Positions 11,949 to 20,930 of a DNA stretch of 64,000 nucleotides are shown in pieces. The stretch is from Gordonia sp. (in: high G+C Gram-positive bacteria) (GTDB lineage: Bacteria; Actinomycetota; Actinomycetes; Mycobacteriales; Mycobacteriaceae). Under the pieces are notes generated by a model. The model was not told where the DNA came from and did no database searches. It saw only the letters and a program-made list of their open reading frames with translations. The DNA is taken from the NCBI GenBank assembly GCA_035343915.1, contig DAOQZZ010000013.1, forward strand, positions 9,171-73,170, in the 5' to 3' direction. Every line of letters starts with the position of its first letter. Positions within the stretch are counted from its first letter, which is position 1. Both the position numbers and the translations under genes were made by a program.

Positions 11949-12281
11949 CTACAGTTTCCGGAACCAGCGCCGCCCGGAGACCTCGTCGACCTTGGGCCGC
12001 ACGTCCACCAGATAGACGAGGACGGCGACCAGTCCGAGCAGGCAGATCATGCCGATGATGGCGCTCACCCCGCCGGCCACTCCGAAGACGACGAGGAACA
12101 GCGTCGACAGGGCGAGAATCCCGACCCAGAATCCCTTGGTCTGCCGGTCAACGGCGGTGAAGGCGTCCGGTCGCGTCAGGGCGGCGTGCACGAGTGACAG
12201 CACGCCGGCAAGTCCGGCAGCGGCGCCGAGCAGCAGTATGACGATTTCCTGGGTCGTGCCCAGGGCCGAAACGAAATCCAC
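11949..12281 (-). CDS. DUF2516-family membrane protein
   Basis: RPDAFTAVDRQTKGFW and VYLVDVRPKV motifs; lies directly downstream of hbhA. Confidence 0.88.
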   Translation of the reverse strand: MDFVSALGTTQEIVILLLGAAAGLAGVLSLVHAALTRPDAFTAVDRQTKGFWVGILALSTLFLVVFGVAGGVSAIIGMICLLGLVAVLVYLVDVRPKVDEVSGRRWFRKL

Positions 12282-12337
12282 GCCCCAACTCTATGCGAGA
12301 GCGGGGCGTGGATTTCGTCTGACTCGACAGGCGCGGC

Positions 12338-13021
12338 CTACTTCTTGGGCGCGGCCTTCTTGGCCGGAGCCTTCTTGGCAGCGGTCTTGGCCGGAGCCTT
12401 CTTGGCGACCGGAGCCTTCTTGGCGGCCGGAGCCTTCTTAGCCGGAGCCTTCTTGGCGGCCGGCTTCTTGGCCGGAGCCTTCTTGGCGGGAGCCTCCTTG
12501 GCCGGAGCCTTCTTGGCGGCCTCGCCGGGCAGGTTCACCAGGGCAGCGGCACGCTCACCGACGGTGCGCGACTGGTCCGAGATGGTGCCCAGCGCCTCTT
12601 CGGTCAGGCCGCGGGCGTCGTTGTAGACCTTCTCCAGCTTGGGCAGGTTCTCCTCGACCAGCGGGTACTCCTTGAGCTTGCCGACGACCTCTTCACCGCG
12701 CTCGGAGAGCGAGTTCAGGACGCCGGCCGCGACGGCGAGGTAGCTCTCGGCAACCTTGCGCAGCTCCTCGGGGCTGAACTTGGCGCGCAGCTCGTCCAGG
12801 TCGGTGGGCAGCTCGACGGGCAGCGCCGCGAGGCGCTCCTTGGCCTCGTTGAAGCGGGCGACAGCCTGCTCCCAGGTCTCGTCGAAGCGGTTCTGCGCGT
12901 TGTCGCGGGTCTCGTCGAAACGGGCCTGGGCCTGCTCGATCGTCGCCTCGCTGCGCTCACGGAGCTGGTTCAGCACGGCGGTGGCCTGGGTGACTGCGTT
13001 GTTGAACGGGTTCTCGGTCAT
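12338..13021 (-). CDS. hbhA: Heparin-binding haemagglutinin/TadA-like protein
   Basis: Coiled-coil N-terminus ([13 protein letters not shown]) and an AKKAP repeat tail; flanked by the Xre regulator and DUF2516 genes. Confidence 0.85.
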   Translation of the reverse strand: MTENPFNNAVTQATAVLNQLRERSEATIEQAQARFDETRDNAQNRFDETWEQAVARFNEAKERLAALPVELPTDLDELRAKFSPEELRKVAESYLAVAAGVLNSLSERGEEVVGKLKEYPLVEENLPKLEKVYNDARGLTEEALGTISDQSRTVGERAAALVNLPGEAAKKAPAKEAPAKKAPAKKPAAKKAPAKKAPAAKKAPVAKKAPAKTAAKKAPAKKAAPKK

Positions 13022-13074
13022 GCGGGTTCTCCTGTTTATTTCTGAGGTCGATTACTCGGTTTGGGAATCGGTTG

Positions 13075-13485
13075 CTATTCGGGCTTGGCCTGGTTCTCAC
13101 TGCGAAAGGACTCGTAGATCTCCAGCAGCATCTGGCGCTGTCGTTCGCTGATCGACTCGTCGGCGATCAACGCGTCGCGCACCGGCGATGCCGGGCGCTC
13201 CTCGAGGATGCCCGCCCGCACGTAGAGGACCTCCGCGGAGACGCGGAGCCCCTTCGCGATCTGCGCAAGGACGTCGGCTGACGGCTTGCGCAAACCACGC
13301 TCGATCTGGCTGAGGTACGGGTTGCTGACGCCGGCCCGCTCTGCGAGCTGACGCAGGGAGACTTGGGCCGCGACACGCTGGGATCGGATGAACCCACCGA
13401 TATCCGACGCGGCGTTGGACACCGCGTCCATCGGCGTGGCCGCGTTGTCGTGTGCGGCAGCCGATTCAGCCGTGTCGTTGGTCAT
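13075..13485 (-). CDS. Xre-family HTH regulator (Rv0474-like)
   Basis: IGGFIRSQR..SLRQLAERAGVSNPYLSQIERGLRKPSA. Confidence 0.92.
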   Translation of the reverse strand: MTNDTAESAAAHDNAATPMDAVSNAASDIGGFIRSQRVAAQVSLRQLAERAGVSNPYLSQIERGLRKPSADVLAQIAKGLRVSAEVLYVRAGILEERPASPVRDALIADESISERQRQMLLEIYESFRSENQAKPE

Positions 13486-13529
13486 GGTCGTCCCTTTTGT
13501 TGATCGAACGACCCAAATATTACCCCCTG

Positions 13530-13558
13530 TGCTAACAAATGCAAGCGCTCTGTTAGCA
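13530..13558. promoter_or_regulatory. Inverted repeat TGCTAACA-N13-TGTTAGCA upstream of the Xre regulator
   Basis: Perfect 8-bp arms in an AT-rich intergenic region 45 bp upstream of the start. Confidence 0.55.
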
Positions 13559-13598
13559 ACGCCACACCTCACACCTGACCAGCAGGTTCTGAGAGAAC

Positions 13599-14942
13599 TC
13601 AGTGGTGGAAGATCAGCACCGAAACGGTGTAGATCGCCAATCCTGCAAGCGCCCCGACGACAGTGCCGTTGATCCGGATGAACTGCAGGTCTCGGCCGAC
13701 CTGCAACTCGATCTTGTCGCTGGTCTCCTGCGCATCCCACCCGCGCACCGTCTCGGTGATCACCGAGATGATCTCCCCCGCGTAGTTCTCCGCGACGTGA
13801 TGGGCGCCGCGCGCCACCCAGCTGTTCATCTTCTGCTGCAGCGGCTCATCGTCGCGGATGCGTTCGGAAACCTGGATGACCGAGTTCGTGATCGTGTTGC
13901 GCAGCGTGTTGTTCGGGTCGTCGAGCATCTTCTCGATGACCCCCTTGCCGGCCTTCCACGCGGTCGACGCGGCGCCGGTCACCTCGTCGCGGCCGACGAG
14001 TTCGGTCTTGAGCGCCTCGAACTTCGCGATGGTCTCGGGGTCGTACTGCAGGTCGTTGGCGAACTGGCTGATCGCGCCCAGGAGGGCGAGCCGGAGCTCG
14101 TGCTGTGGGTCGCCGGCCACCTTCGCGGTGAACTCCACCAGCTCCTTGTAGATCTTGTCGCCGACGAAGTTCGCGGCGAACTTCGGCATCCACTGCGGAC
14201 CGTCGCGGTCGATGAGGCGGTCGATGAGTCCCAGGCTGCCCAATGCCCAATCGTGGGCCCGGTCGGCACCGAGCTGCAGCATCGGCTCGAGTCGGTTCTC
14301 CTCCACAAGCTGCTCGAGGATCCGCCCCAACGGCTGTGACCACTCCGGCTCTGCGGCCCACCGGACGGCAGCAGTCAGGAACCGCTCGACATCCTCGTCC
14401 TCGAGCATCTCCGCGGCGAGGTTGATCATGCGCGCCGCCTCATCGGACACCCGCGGCGCATTGGCCGGATCCGCGAACCACGTCGACATCCGGCGAGGCA
14501 GTTCCAGTGCCGCGGCACGCTCCTCGATGAGTGCGGGCACCATGAAGTTCTCCTCGATGAACCCACCGAGCTGATCGCCGATCTGGTCCTTCTTCCGCTT
14601 GATGAGCGCGGTGTGCGGGATCGGCAGGCCCAGCGGATGGCGGAACAGCGCCGTCACCGCGAACCAGTCTGCGAGCGCACCGACCATTCCCGCCTCGGAC
14701 GCGGCGCGCACATAGGGGACCCATCCGGCCAGGTCGGCTCCGTCTCGCGACTCGAGGTAGCGGGTGAACAGGTAGACCACGGCGGCGAACACGAGGAAGC
14801 CGGTGGCGACCGCCTTCATCTTCCGCAGGTCGCGGCGGCGCTGCTCGTCGGCCTGAGCGCCGAGTGCTCCCAGGGCGGGACCGCTCGACGACGATGGGGC
14901 TTTCGCGCCCGGATCCGGGCTCAGGACAGACGAAGTCGACAT
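13599..14942 (-). CDS. DUF445 membrane protein
   Basis: EAGMVGALADWFAVTALFRHPLG and DLQFIRINGTVVG motifs. Confidence 0.93.
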   Translation of the reverse strand: MSTSSVLSPDPGAKAPSSSSGPALGALGAQADEQRRRDLRKMKAVATGFLVFAAVVYLFTRYLESRDGADLAGWVPYVRAASEAGMVGALADWFAVTALFRHPLGLPIPHTALIKRKKDQIGDQLGGFIEENFMVPALIEERAAALELPRRMSTWFADPANAPRVSDEAARMINLAAEMLEDEDVERFLTAAVRWAAEPEWSQPLGRILEQLVEENRLEPMLQLGADRAHDWALGSLGLIDRLIDRDGPQWMPKFAANFVGDKIYKELVEFTAKVAGDPQHELRLALLGAISQFANDLQYDPETIAKFEALKTELVGRDEVTGAASTAWKAGKGVIEKMLDDPNNTLRNTITNSVIQVSERIRDDEPLQQKMNSWVARGAHHVAENYAGEIISVITETVRGWDAQETSDKIELQVGRDLQFIRINGTVVGALAGLAIYTVSVLIFHH

Positions 14943-15015
14943 AACGTCCAGTCTTACCTACCGGCCTGCGGCAAGCCATGCGTTCGCCCCGCGCCGCGCC
15001 GCCTACGCTGAACGG

Positions 15016-15828
15016 ATGCCGCCAGAGAAGCAGCGAGTCGCGCTCGTCACCGGAGCGAGCCGAGGCGTCGGCTGGGGTGTCGCCGCCGCCCTTCAGCAGA
15101 AGGGGTGGCGCGTGTATGGCACGTCGCGACACGGCACCGGACCCGACGGCACTGTCGCGCTGTCCGTCGACCATGCCGACGACGATGCCGTCGCCGCCGC
15201 CTTCGCCCGCATCGTCGAGGAAACCGGGCGCCTCGATCTGCTGGTGAACAACGCATGGGCATCGCCGCCCGGATTCGCCGGGTTCACCGCGAAGTTCTAC
15301 GAGCGGCCGGTGTCGGACTGGGATTCGCTGATCGGCGTCGGGCTGCGCTCGCACTACGTCGCCGCGGTGCAAGCGGCGCAAGTGATGGTCCCGCAGGGCA
15401 GTGGGTTGATCGCCTCGACGTCGTCATTCGGCAGCCGCGGGCACCTGCACTCGGTCCTGTACGGCGTCGGCAAGACCGGCTTGGACAAGATGGCCTACGA
15501 CATGGGCGCCGAACTCGCCAGCACCGGGGTCACCGCGGTGTCCCTGTGGCTGGGGCTGATCCGGACACCGTTGCTGCTGGGCAGCGGCCTCACCGAGTTC
15601 GCCGGCTTCCCAGTGTCGCGCGCCGAGGACCCGGCCTTCGTCGGGCGGGTCGTCGCGGCACTGGCCGACGATCCTGGACTACCCGCGTTGAACGGCCACA
15701 CGATCATCACCGCGGAGTACGGTGCGGCCCACGGGATCACCAACGACGACGGTCAGACCGTGCCAGACTCGCACCGAGCCGCATTCGGTGGCGGGCCGTT
15801 GTTCCCGCCCCCGACGGAAACCGTCTGA
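15016..15828 (+). CDS. SDR oxidoreductase (DHRS1-like)
   Basis: TGASRGVG, LVNNA and YGVGK motifs. Confidence 0.88.
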   Translation: MPPEKQRVALVTGASRGVGWGVAAALQQKGWRVYGTSRHGTGPDGTVALSVDHADDDAVAAAFARIVEETGRLDLLVNNAWASPPGFAGFTAKFYERPVSDWDSLIGVGLRSHYVAAVQAAQVMVPQGSGLIASTSSFGSRGHLHSVLYGVGKTGLDKMAYDMGAELASTGVTAVSLWLGLIRTPLLLGSGLTEFAGFPVSRAEDPAFVGRVVAALADDPGLPALNGHTIITAEYGAAHGITNDDGQTVPDSHRAAFGGGPLFPPPTETV

Positions 15829-15838
15829 GGGAGGCCCG

Positions 15839-16723
15839 ATGGCCAAGAAGAAGAAGGCAACGCCCGCAGAGCCGCCGACCACCGGCTGGTCGGTACCGGC
15901 GTGGGAGGCACTGCGCGCGAGCACCGCCGATCCGGTGGCGCGCTACGACCCGAAGGCGACGCCGGGGTACACCGGCAACAAGGCGTCGGCCGCGGCGGAG
16001 CTGACCAGTCGTGGCCAGCGCCTCGCGGATTTGCAGGAGATGCTGTTCGCCAACGGACGGTCGGGCGACCATCGCAGCGTCCTGCTGGTGATCCAGGGCA
16101 TGGACACGGCGGGCAAGGGCGGCATCGTTCGCCACGTCGGCGGGATGGTCGATCCGCAGGGCCTGGCGATCAAAGGGTTCGGCAAGCCCACCCCCGAGGA
16201 GCTGTCCCACGACTTCCTGTGGCGCATCCACCGCGCGTTGCCAGCGGCCGGCCGGATCGGGATCTTCGATCGCAGCCACTACGAGGACGTGCTGCCGGTG
16301 CGCGTGCACAACCTTGTGCCCGAGGAGGTGTGGTCGCAGCGATACGAGCTGATCAACCAGTTCGAGCGCGAGGTCACCGAGGCCGGCACCACGATCATCA
16401 AACTGCTCCTCGTCGTCTCGAAGGACGAGCAGAAGCAGCGCCTGACCGACCGGCTGAACAACCCGGCCAAGTACTGGAAGTACAACCCGGCCGACATCGA
16501 TGAACGCGCCTATTGGGACGCCTACCTCGAGGCCTATCAGGCGATCCTCGACAAGACCGACACCGACGTCGCACCCTGGTTCATCGTGGGCGCCGACCGC
16601 AAGTGGTTCTCACGGCTGGCCGTGTGTGAATTGCTCATCAGTGCGCTGGAAGGCCTCAACCTGGACTGGCCGCCGCCAACTTTCGACCTCGCCGTCGAGC
16701 AAGCCCGGGCAGCTGCCCTCTAA
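15839..16723 (+). CDS. ppk2: Polyphosphate kinase 2 family protein
   Basis: Walker A QGMDTAGKGG, FDRSHYEDV and WKYNPAD motifs. Confidence 0.92.
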   Translation: MAKKKKATPAEPPTTGWSVPAWEALRASTADPVARYDPKATPGYTGNKASAAAELTSRGQRLADLQEMLFANGRSGDHRSVLLVIQGMDTAGKGGIVRHVGGMVDPQGLAIKGFGKPTPEELSHDFLWRIHRALPAAGRIGIFDRSHYEDVLPVRVHNLVPEEVWSQRYELINQFEREVTEAGTTIIKLLLVVSKDEQKQRLTDRLNNPAKYWKYNPADIDERAYWDAYLEAYQAILDKTDTDVAPWFIVGADRKWFSRLAVCELLISALEGLNLDWPPPTFDLAVEQARAAAL

Positions 16724-16724
16724 T

Positions 16725-16889
16725 CGCCGACTGGGCCCTCCTAACCCGCCGACTGGGCTTCCGCGTCCGCCGACTGGGCCCTCCTAGCCCGCCGACTGGG
16801 CTTCCGCGTCCGCCGACTGGGCCCTCCTAGCCCGCCCACTGGGTCGTCCTCGGTCGCCCACTGGGTCGTCCTCGGTCGCCCACTGGGTC
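16725..16889 (+). repeat. Tandem array of 8 x 21-22-bp units with core CGCC(G/C)ACTGGG
   Basis: Cores start at 16725, 16747, 16768, 16790, 16811, 16833, 16855 and 16877; only three linker types occur. Confidence 0.95.
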
Positions 16890-17503
16890 ATCACGGGATT
16901 CGTCAGACTCCGCACGGCGAAGAGCCGGCCTAAGTCACGTGTCTCCGACGCAGATCTCACGTCCCCATCAACGACGTCGAACCCCGCGGCCGCAACGTGT
17001 TCCGCAAGCAACTCGGGGGGCCAGGAGTAGCCCAAGGTCACCGCGTGGTCAAAGGTCATGAGCTCGGTCCCGACGAAGTATCCGATCGCCAGGCCTCCGC
17101 CTGTCCGGACACACCGGGCGAACTCGGCGAGCGCCACGTCAAGCTGCTGCGGCGCCAAGTGGATCAGCGAGAACCACGCAAGGATTCCACCGAGACTGCT
17201 GTCCCTCTCATCAAGTCGTCGGGCGTCGCCGAGCCGAAACTCGAGACCGTCGTGCGCGCGACGCGCCTCGTCGATGAACTCCGGCACTACATCGACACCG
17301 GCGATATAAGCACCAGCGCCATGGAGAAACCGTGTCCATTGCCCTGGACCGCAACCGACGTCGATGATTCGGCCGCTGAGCCCCCCGACCCACTCAACCA
17401 ACCGGGTCCGATCGACGTCGGACGCCGACTCGATGTTGCCGAACAGATCGATGTACTCGACGGCTCGTCGTGAGTAGGCGGCGCGCACGTCTTCCTCAGT
17501 CAC
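16784..17503 (-). CDS. Class I SAM-dependent methyltransferase
   Basis: IIDVGCGPG, GVDVV, GDAR and AWFSLIH motifs. GTG start inferred; the C-terminus runs into the repeat array. Confidence 0.85.
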   Translation of the reverse strand: MTEEDVRAAYSRRAVEYIDLFGNIESASDVDRTRLVEWVGGLSGRIIDVGCGPGQWTRFLHGAGAYIAGVDVVPEFIDEARRAHDGLEFRLGDARRLDERDSSLGGILAWFSLIHLAPQQLDVALAEFARCVRTGGGLAIGYFVGTELMTFDHAVTLGYSWPPELLAEHVAAAGFDVVDGDVRSASETRDLGRLFAVRSLTNPVMTQWATEDDPVGDRGRPSGRARRAQSADAEAQSAG

Positions 17504-17535
17504 TCCGCAAACGATAGCGCTGCACTGACTCACCA

Positions 17536-17654
17536 CCCACTCGGCGGCGTGAGACGACCCACTCGCGGGATTTCCTGGCCCACTCGGCGGCGTGGGAGGG
17601 CCCACTCGGCGGCGTGGGAGGGCCCACTCGCGGGACTTCCGGGCCCAGTCGCGG
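17536..17654 (-). repeat. Tandem array of 6 x 21-22-bp units (CCCACTCG core on +), inverted relative to the 16725 array
   Basis: Cores at 17536, 17558, 17579, 17601, 17623 and 17644. The reverse complement CGCCGAGTGGGCCCTCC matches the left array CGCCGACTGGGCCCTCC. Confidence 0.93.
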
Positions 17655-17655
17655 C

Positions 17656-19953
17656 CTAGTCGTCGTCGCCAGATTCAACTCGACGGCGCTCGCGGCGCGC
17701 GGCAGCGACCATGTTCCGCAGCGACGGCTCCAACTGCCAGTAGTGGCGCGTCTTGAGCCCACCGTCGGGGTTGACCCACAACCGCTTCGGATCGATGTAG
17801 CGGGCGGCCAACTGGATGAGGTCGTCGATCTCGTCGATCTCGGGGATCAGCGCGCTACGGCTCTCGTACACACCCGGCCCAACACCATGCGACAGGGTTG
17901 TGCCCTTCGCCAACTGTGCGAAGACCCAGTCCAGGTGCCGCGTCGCGACGACCGACACCACGTCGGCATCCATCGCCTCGAACGCGTCGACAACCCGGCT
18001 GATCGATGAGTAGCCCAGGTGCGTGTGGATCTGCGTCTCCGGCTTCGCGCCGCCGACGGCGAGGCGGAAAGCGTTGACCGCCCAGTCCAAATAGCCCTGG
18101 CGTCCGCGCTCGCGCAGCGGCAGGAGTTCGCGGATCGACGGCTCGTCGACCTGAATGATTTTGATGCCGGCCTTCTCCAGGTCGGCGATCTCATCGCGCA
18201 CCGCCAGTGCGATCTGCTCGGCGGTCTCATACATCGGCTGGTCCTGGCGCACGAACGAACGCGCCAGCATCGTGACCGGACCGGTGAGGATGCCCTTGAC
18301 CGGCTTGTCGGTCAGTGACTGTGCGTAGCCTGTCCACTCGACGGTCATCGGGTGCTTGCGCTTGATGTCGCCGTAGATGATCGGCGGGCGCACGCAGCGG
18401 GAGCCGTACACCTGCACCCAACCCTGGTGGGTTGCGGCGTAGCCGTCCATCAGTTCGGAGAAGTACTGCACCATGTCGTTGCGCTCGGCCTCGCCGTGCA
18501 CCAGGACATCCAGGCCGATGTCCTCCTGCAACTCGATGACGCGCTTGATCTCGTCACGCAGTCGCTGGGCGTACTCCTCCCACGACAGCCGGCCCTGGCC
18601 GTAGTAGTACCGCGCCTGGCGCACCTCGTTGGTCTGTGGAAACGAGCCCAAGGTCGTCGTCGGGATGATCGGCAGACCCAGCGCCTTGTCCTGCAACGGC
18701 TTGCGTTCCGCGTAAGGGAGCCGCTGGCGCTGATCCGGGCGGATGTTGGCCACGCGCTGACGGACGTCGTGCTTGAGCTTGAAGTGCACCGTCGCCGGCC
18801 GCGAATACCAGTGCTCCGGCGCACCGTGGGTGACGGCCTTCGCCAGCGCCACGACCTCGGCGACCTTCTGCTTGGCGAAGGACAACCGATCGGCGACGTC
18901 GCCGGGCAGGTCGGGCTCGATCAGGACGTCGATCGGGACGTGCATCAACGAGCACGACGTCGAGACGACCACGTCGGGGATGTGTTCCTTGATCTCCAGG
19001 AGGAAGTCGAGCTTGCCGCCCTTGGCGGCCTTCCACACGTTGCGGCCGTCGATCACGCCGGCATAGAGGCGCTTGCGCTTGAGCCCGGGCACCGCACCCA
19101 GTTCGGCCGCCGACATCGGCTCGCTGACCAGGTCGACGCCGATCGCCTCGATATTCGTCGATGCCAGGATCGGCAGCGCGTCAGCGAGGTCGCCGTAGGG
19201 TCCGGTGACGAGGATGCGCGGGCGCAGCGCGCCACGGCTCAGCTCGGTGTAGGCCTGGCGCAGCGCACCCAGATCAGACTCTGTACGGTCGCTGGTGAAG
19301 CAAGGCTCGTCGAGTTGCACGCACTTGCAGCCCTGCTTCGCCAGACGCTCGAACAAGTCCGCGTAGACCGCCAGCAGGTCGTCGAGCCGATCGATCGGCG
19401 CGAAGCCCTCCGGCGACCCGGGCGCGGCCTTGCTCAGCAGCAGCAGCGAGGTAGGACCGAGAATAACCGGGCGCAGTTCGATGCCTTCGGCCTTGGCACG
19501 ACGATGCTCGTCGAGCAGCCCCTCGGCGTTCAGCGCGAACACCGTGTCCGGGGCGATCTCAGGCTGGCGGTAGAAGTAGTTCGTGTTGAAGTACTTGACC
19601 AACTCCAACGGCGGATGCCCGGGCTTGCCGCGCGCCATCGCGAAGTACAGGTCGATCGGTTCCAGCTCGTCGACGAGGTCGGTGAACCGCGGCGAGATCG
19701 CGCCGAACAACACCGCGTTGTCCAACACGTGGTCGTAGAACGAGAACGTGTTGCCCGGCACCTGCTCGAGCCCGGTGGCGGCCAGTTCGTTCCAGACGCC
19801 GTCGGCGAGTTCGCGACCGGTGGCCAGCAACTCGTCGCGGCTCAACGAGCCGTGCCAGTAGCCCTCGAGGGCAGCCTTCAGCTCGCGGTGGGCGCCGATA
19901 CGGGGATAACCCAGAATCGACGAACCGTACTCGATGCCGTCCGGACTCGTCAT
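17656..19953 (-). CDS. metE: Cobalamin-independent methionine synthase homologue lacking three of four Zn ligands
   Basis: Full two-barrel MetE (LGYPRIG, GSFPQT, GEAERNDMVQYF, YGSRCVRPP, DEP), but HTHLGYS, DADVVSVVAT and NPDGGLKTR replace the canonical HTHMCYS, DADVITIET and NPDCGLKTR. Confidence 0.9.
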   Translation of the reverse strand: MTSPDGIEYGSSILGYPRIGAHRELKAALEGYWHGSLSRDELLATGRELADGVWNELAATGLEQVPGNTFSFYDHVLDNAVLFGAISPRFTDLVDELEPIDLYFAMARGKPGHPPLELVKYFNTNYFYRQPEIAPDTVFALNAEGLLDEHRRAKAEGIELRPVILGPTSLLLLSKAAPGSPEGFAPIDRLDDLLAVYADLFERLAKQGCKCVQLDEPCFTSDRTESDLGALRQAYTELSRGALRPRILVTGPYGDLADALPILASTNIEAIGVDLVSEPMSAAELGAVPGLKRKRLYAGVIDGRNVWKAAKGGKLDFLLEIKEHIPDVVVSTSCSLMHVPIDVLIEPDLPGDVADRLSFAKQKVAEVVALAKAVTHGAPEHWYSRPATVHFKLKHDVRQRVANIRPDQRQRLPYAERKPLQDKALGLPIIPTTTLGSFPQTNEVRQARYYYGQGRLSWEEYAQRLRDEIKRVIELQEDIGLDVLVHGEAERNDMVQYFSELMDGYAATHQGWVQVYGSRCVRPPIIYGDIKRKHPMTVEWTGYAQSLTDKPVKGILTGPVTMLARSFVRQDQPMYETAEQIALAVRDEIADLEKAGIKIIQVDEPSIRELLPLRERGRQGYLDWAVNAFRLAVGGAKPETQIHTHLGYSSISRVVDAFEAMDADVVSVVATRHLDWVFAQLAKGTTLSHGVGPGVYESRSALIPEIDEIDDLIQLAARYIDPKRLWVNPDGGLKTRHYWQLEPSLRNMVAAARRERRRVESGDDD

Positions 19954-19965
19954 AGTGCAGACCCG

Positions 19966-20838
19966 CTACTTCGCGTCGTACTGGTAGAACCCGTGTCCGG
20001 CCTTCTTACCGATGCGCCCGGCCTCGACCATGCGCAGCAGCAGCGGCGGCGGCGAGTACAGCGGCTCCTTGAACTCCTCGTACATCTTGTCGGCGATGGC
20101 CTTGACGGTGTCGAGGCCCACGAGGTCGGTCAGCTTGAGCGGACCCATCGGGTGCGCACAGCCCAGGACCATGGCCTTGTCGATGTCCTCGACCGTCGCG
20201 AAACCGGACTCGACCATCCGGATGGCGGAGAGGAGGTAGGGCACCAGGAGGGCGTTGACCACGAAGCCCGAGCGGTCGGCGGAACGGACGACCTGCTTGC
20301 CCAGGACGTCGCGCGCGAAGTCCTCGGCGCGCTCGGACACCTCGGGGCTGGTCATCAGCGTCGTCACCAGTTCGACCAGGGGAAGGACCGGAACCGGGTT
20401 GAAGAAGTGCATGCCAACGACGCGGGCCGCGTTCTGGGTGGCCATGCCAAGCTTCATGATCGGGATGGAGGAGGTGTTCGACGCGAGCACGGCGCTCGGG
20501 TCGGTGACAACCTTGTCCAGCTCGGCGAAGATCGCGGTCTTGACCGCTTCGTCCTCGACGACGGCCTCGACGACGAGCTGCCGGTCGGCGAAGTCACCGA
20601 GGTCGGAGGTGAAGCGCAGCCGCCATGCGGCCTGCTCGCGCTCGCGCTCGGTCAGCTTGCCGCTGGACACACCGCGGTCCAGCGACCGCATGACGCGGGC
20701 GCGGCCAGCAGCGGCGAGTTCGCGGGTGGATTCATAGACCAGGACATCGACTGAGGCGCGCGCACACACCTCGGCAATTCCTGCGCCCATCTGGCCGGCA
20801 CCGATGACACCGACTCGCGTGATCTTCTGGCTTGCCAT
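19966..20838 (-). CDS. fadB2: 3-hydroxybutyryl-CoA dehydrogenase
   Basis: GAGQMGAGIA, VEAVVE, ASNTSS, GMHFFNP and PMGP motifs; lies downstream of icl. Confidence 0.95.
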   Translation of the reverse strand: MASQKITRVGVIGAGQMGAGIAEVCARASVDVLVYESTRELAAAGRARVMRSLDRGVSSGKLTEREREQAAWRLRFTSDLGDFADRQLVVEAVVEDEAVKTAIFAELDKVVTDPSAVLASNTSSIPIMKLGMATQNAARVVGMHFFNPVPVLPLVELVTTLMTSPEVSERAEDFARDVLGKQVVRSADRSGFVVNALLVPYLLSAIRMVESGFATVEDIDKAMVLGCAHPMGPLKLTDLVGLDTVKAIADKMYEEFKEPLYSPPPLLLRMVEAGRIGKKAGHGFYQYDAK

Positions 20839-20874
20839 GGGACGGCTCCTCAAACTGGGATCTGTAACGCGGGG

Positions 20875-20891
20875 GTCTTGAGACTCAAGAC
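20875..20891. promoter_or_regulatory. Palindrome GTCTTGAG-A-CTCAAGAC upstream of fadB2
   Basis: Perfect 8-bp arms with a 1-nt spacer, 37 bp upstream of the fadB2 ATG. Confidence 0.45.
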
Positions 20892-20930
20892 TAGGGAAGA
20901 AAGCGTGGGGATGTTGAGTGGTTGACAGCG

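Noticed and set aside
12345-12520. HBHA AKKAP repeat as a novel repeat
   Set aside because: It is a well-known feature of HBHA.
16725-17654. Arrays as CRISPR repeats
   Set aside because: Units are only 21-22 bp, the spacers repeat rather than being unique, and there are no cas genes or leader in the window.
19954-19965. SAM or cobalamin riboswitch ahead of the metE-like gene
   Set aside because: Only 12 bp separate it from fadB2, so there is no room.
18352-20754. 800-aa + strand ORF (also 20978-22327, 39389-40816, 40918-42762 and similar)
   Set aside because: These are antisense or alternate-frame shadows of well-supported genes, expected in high-GC DNA, and carry no recognisable motifs.
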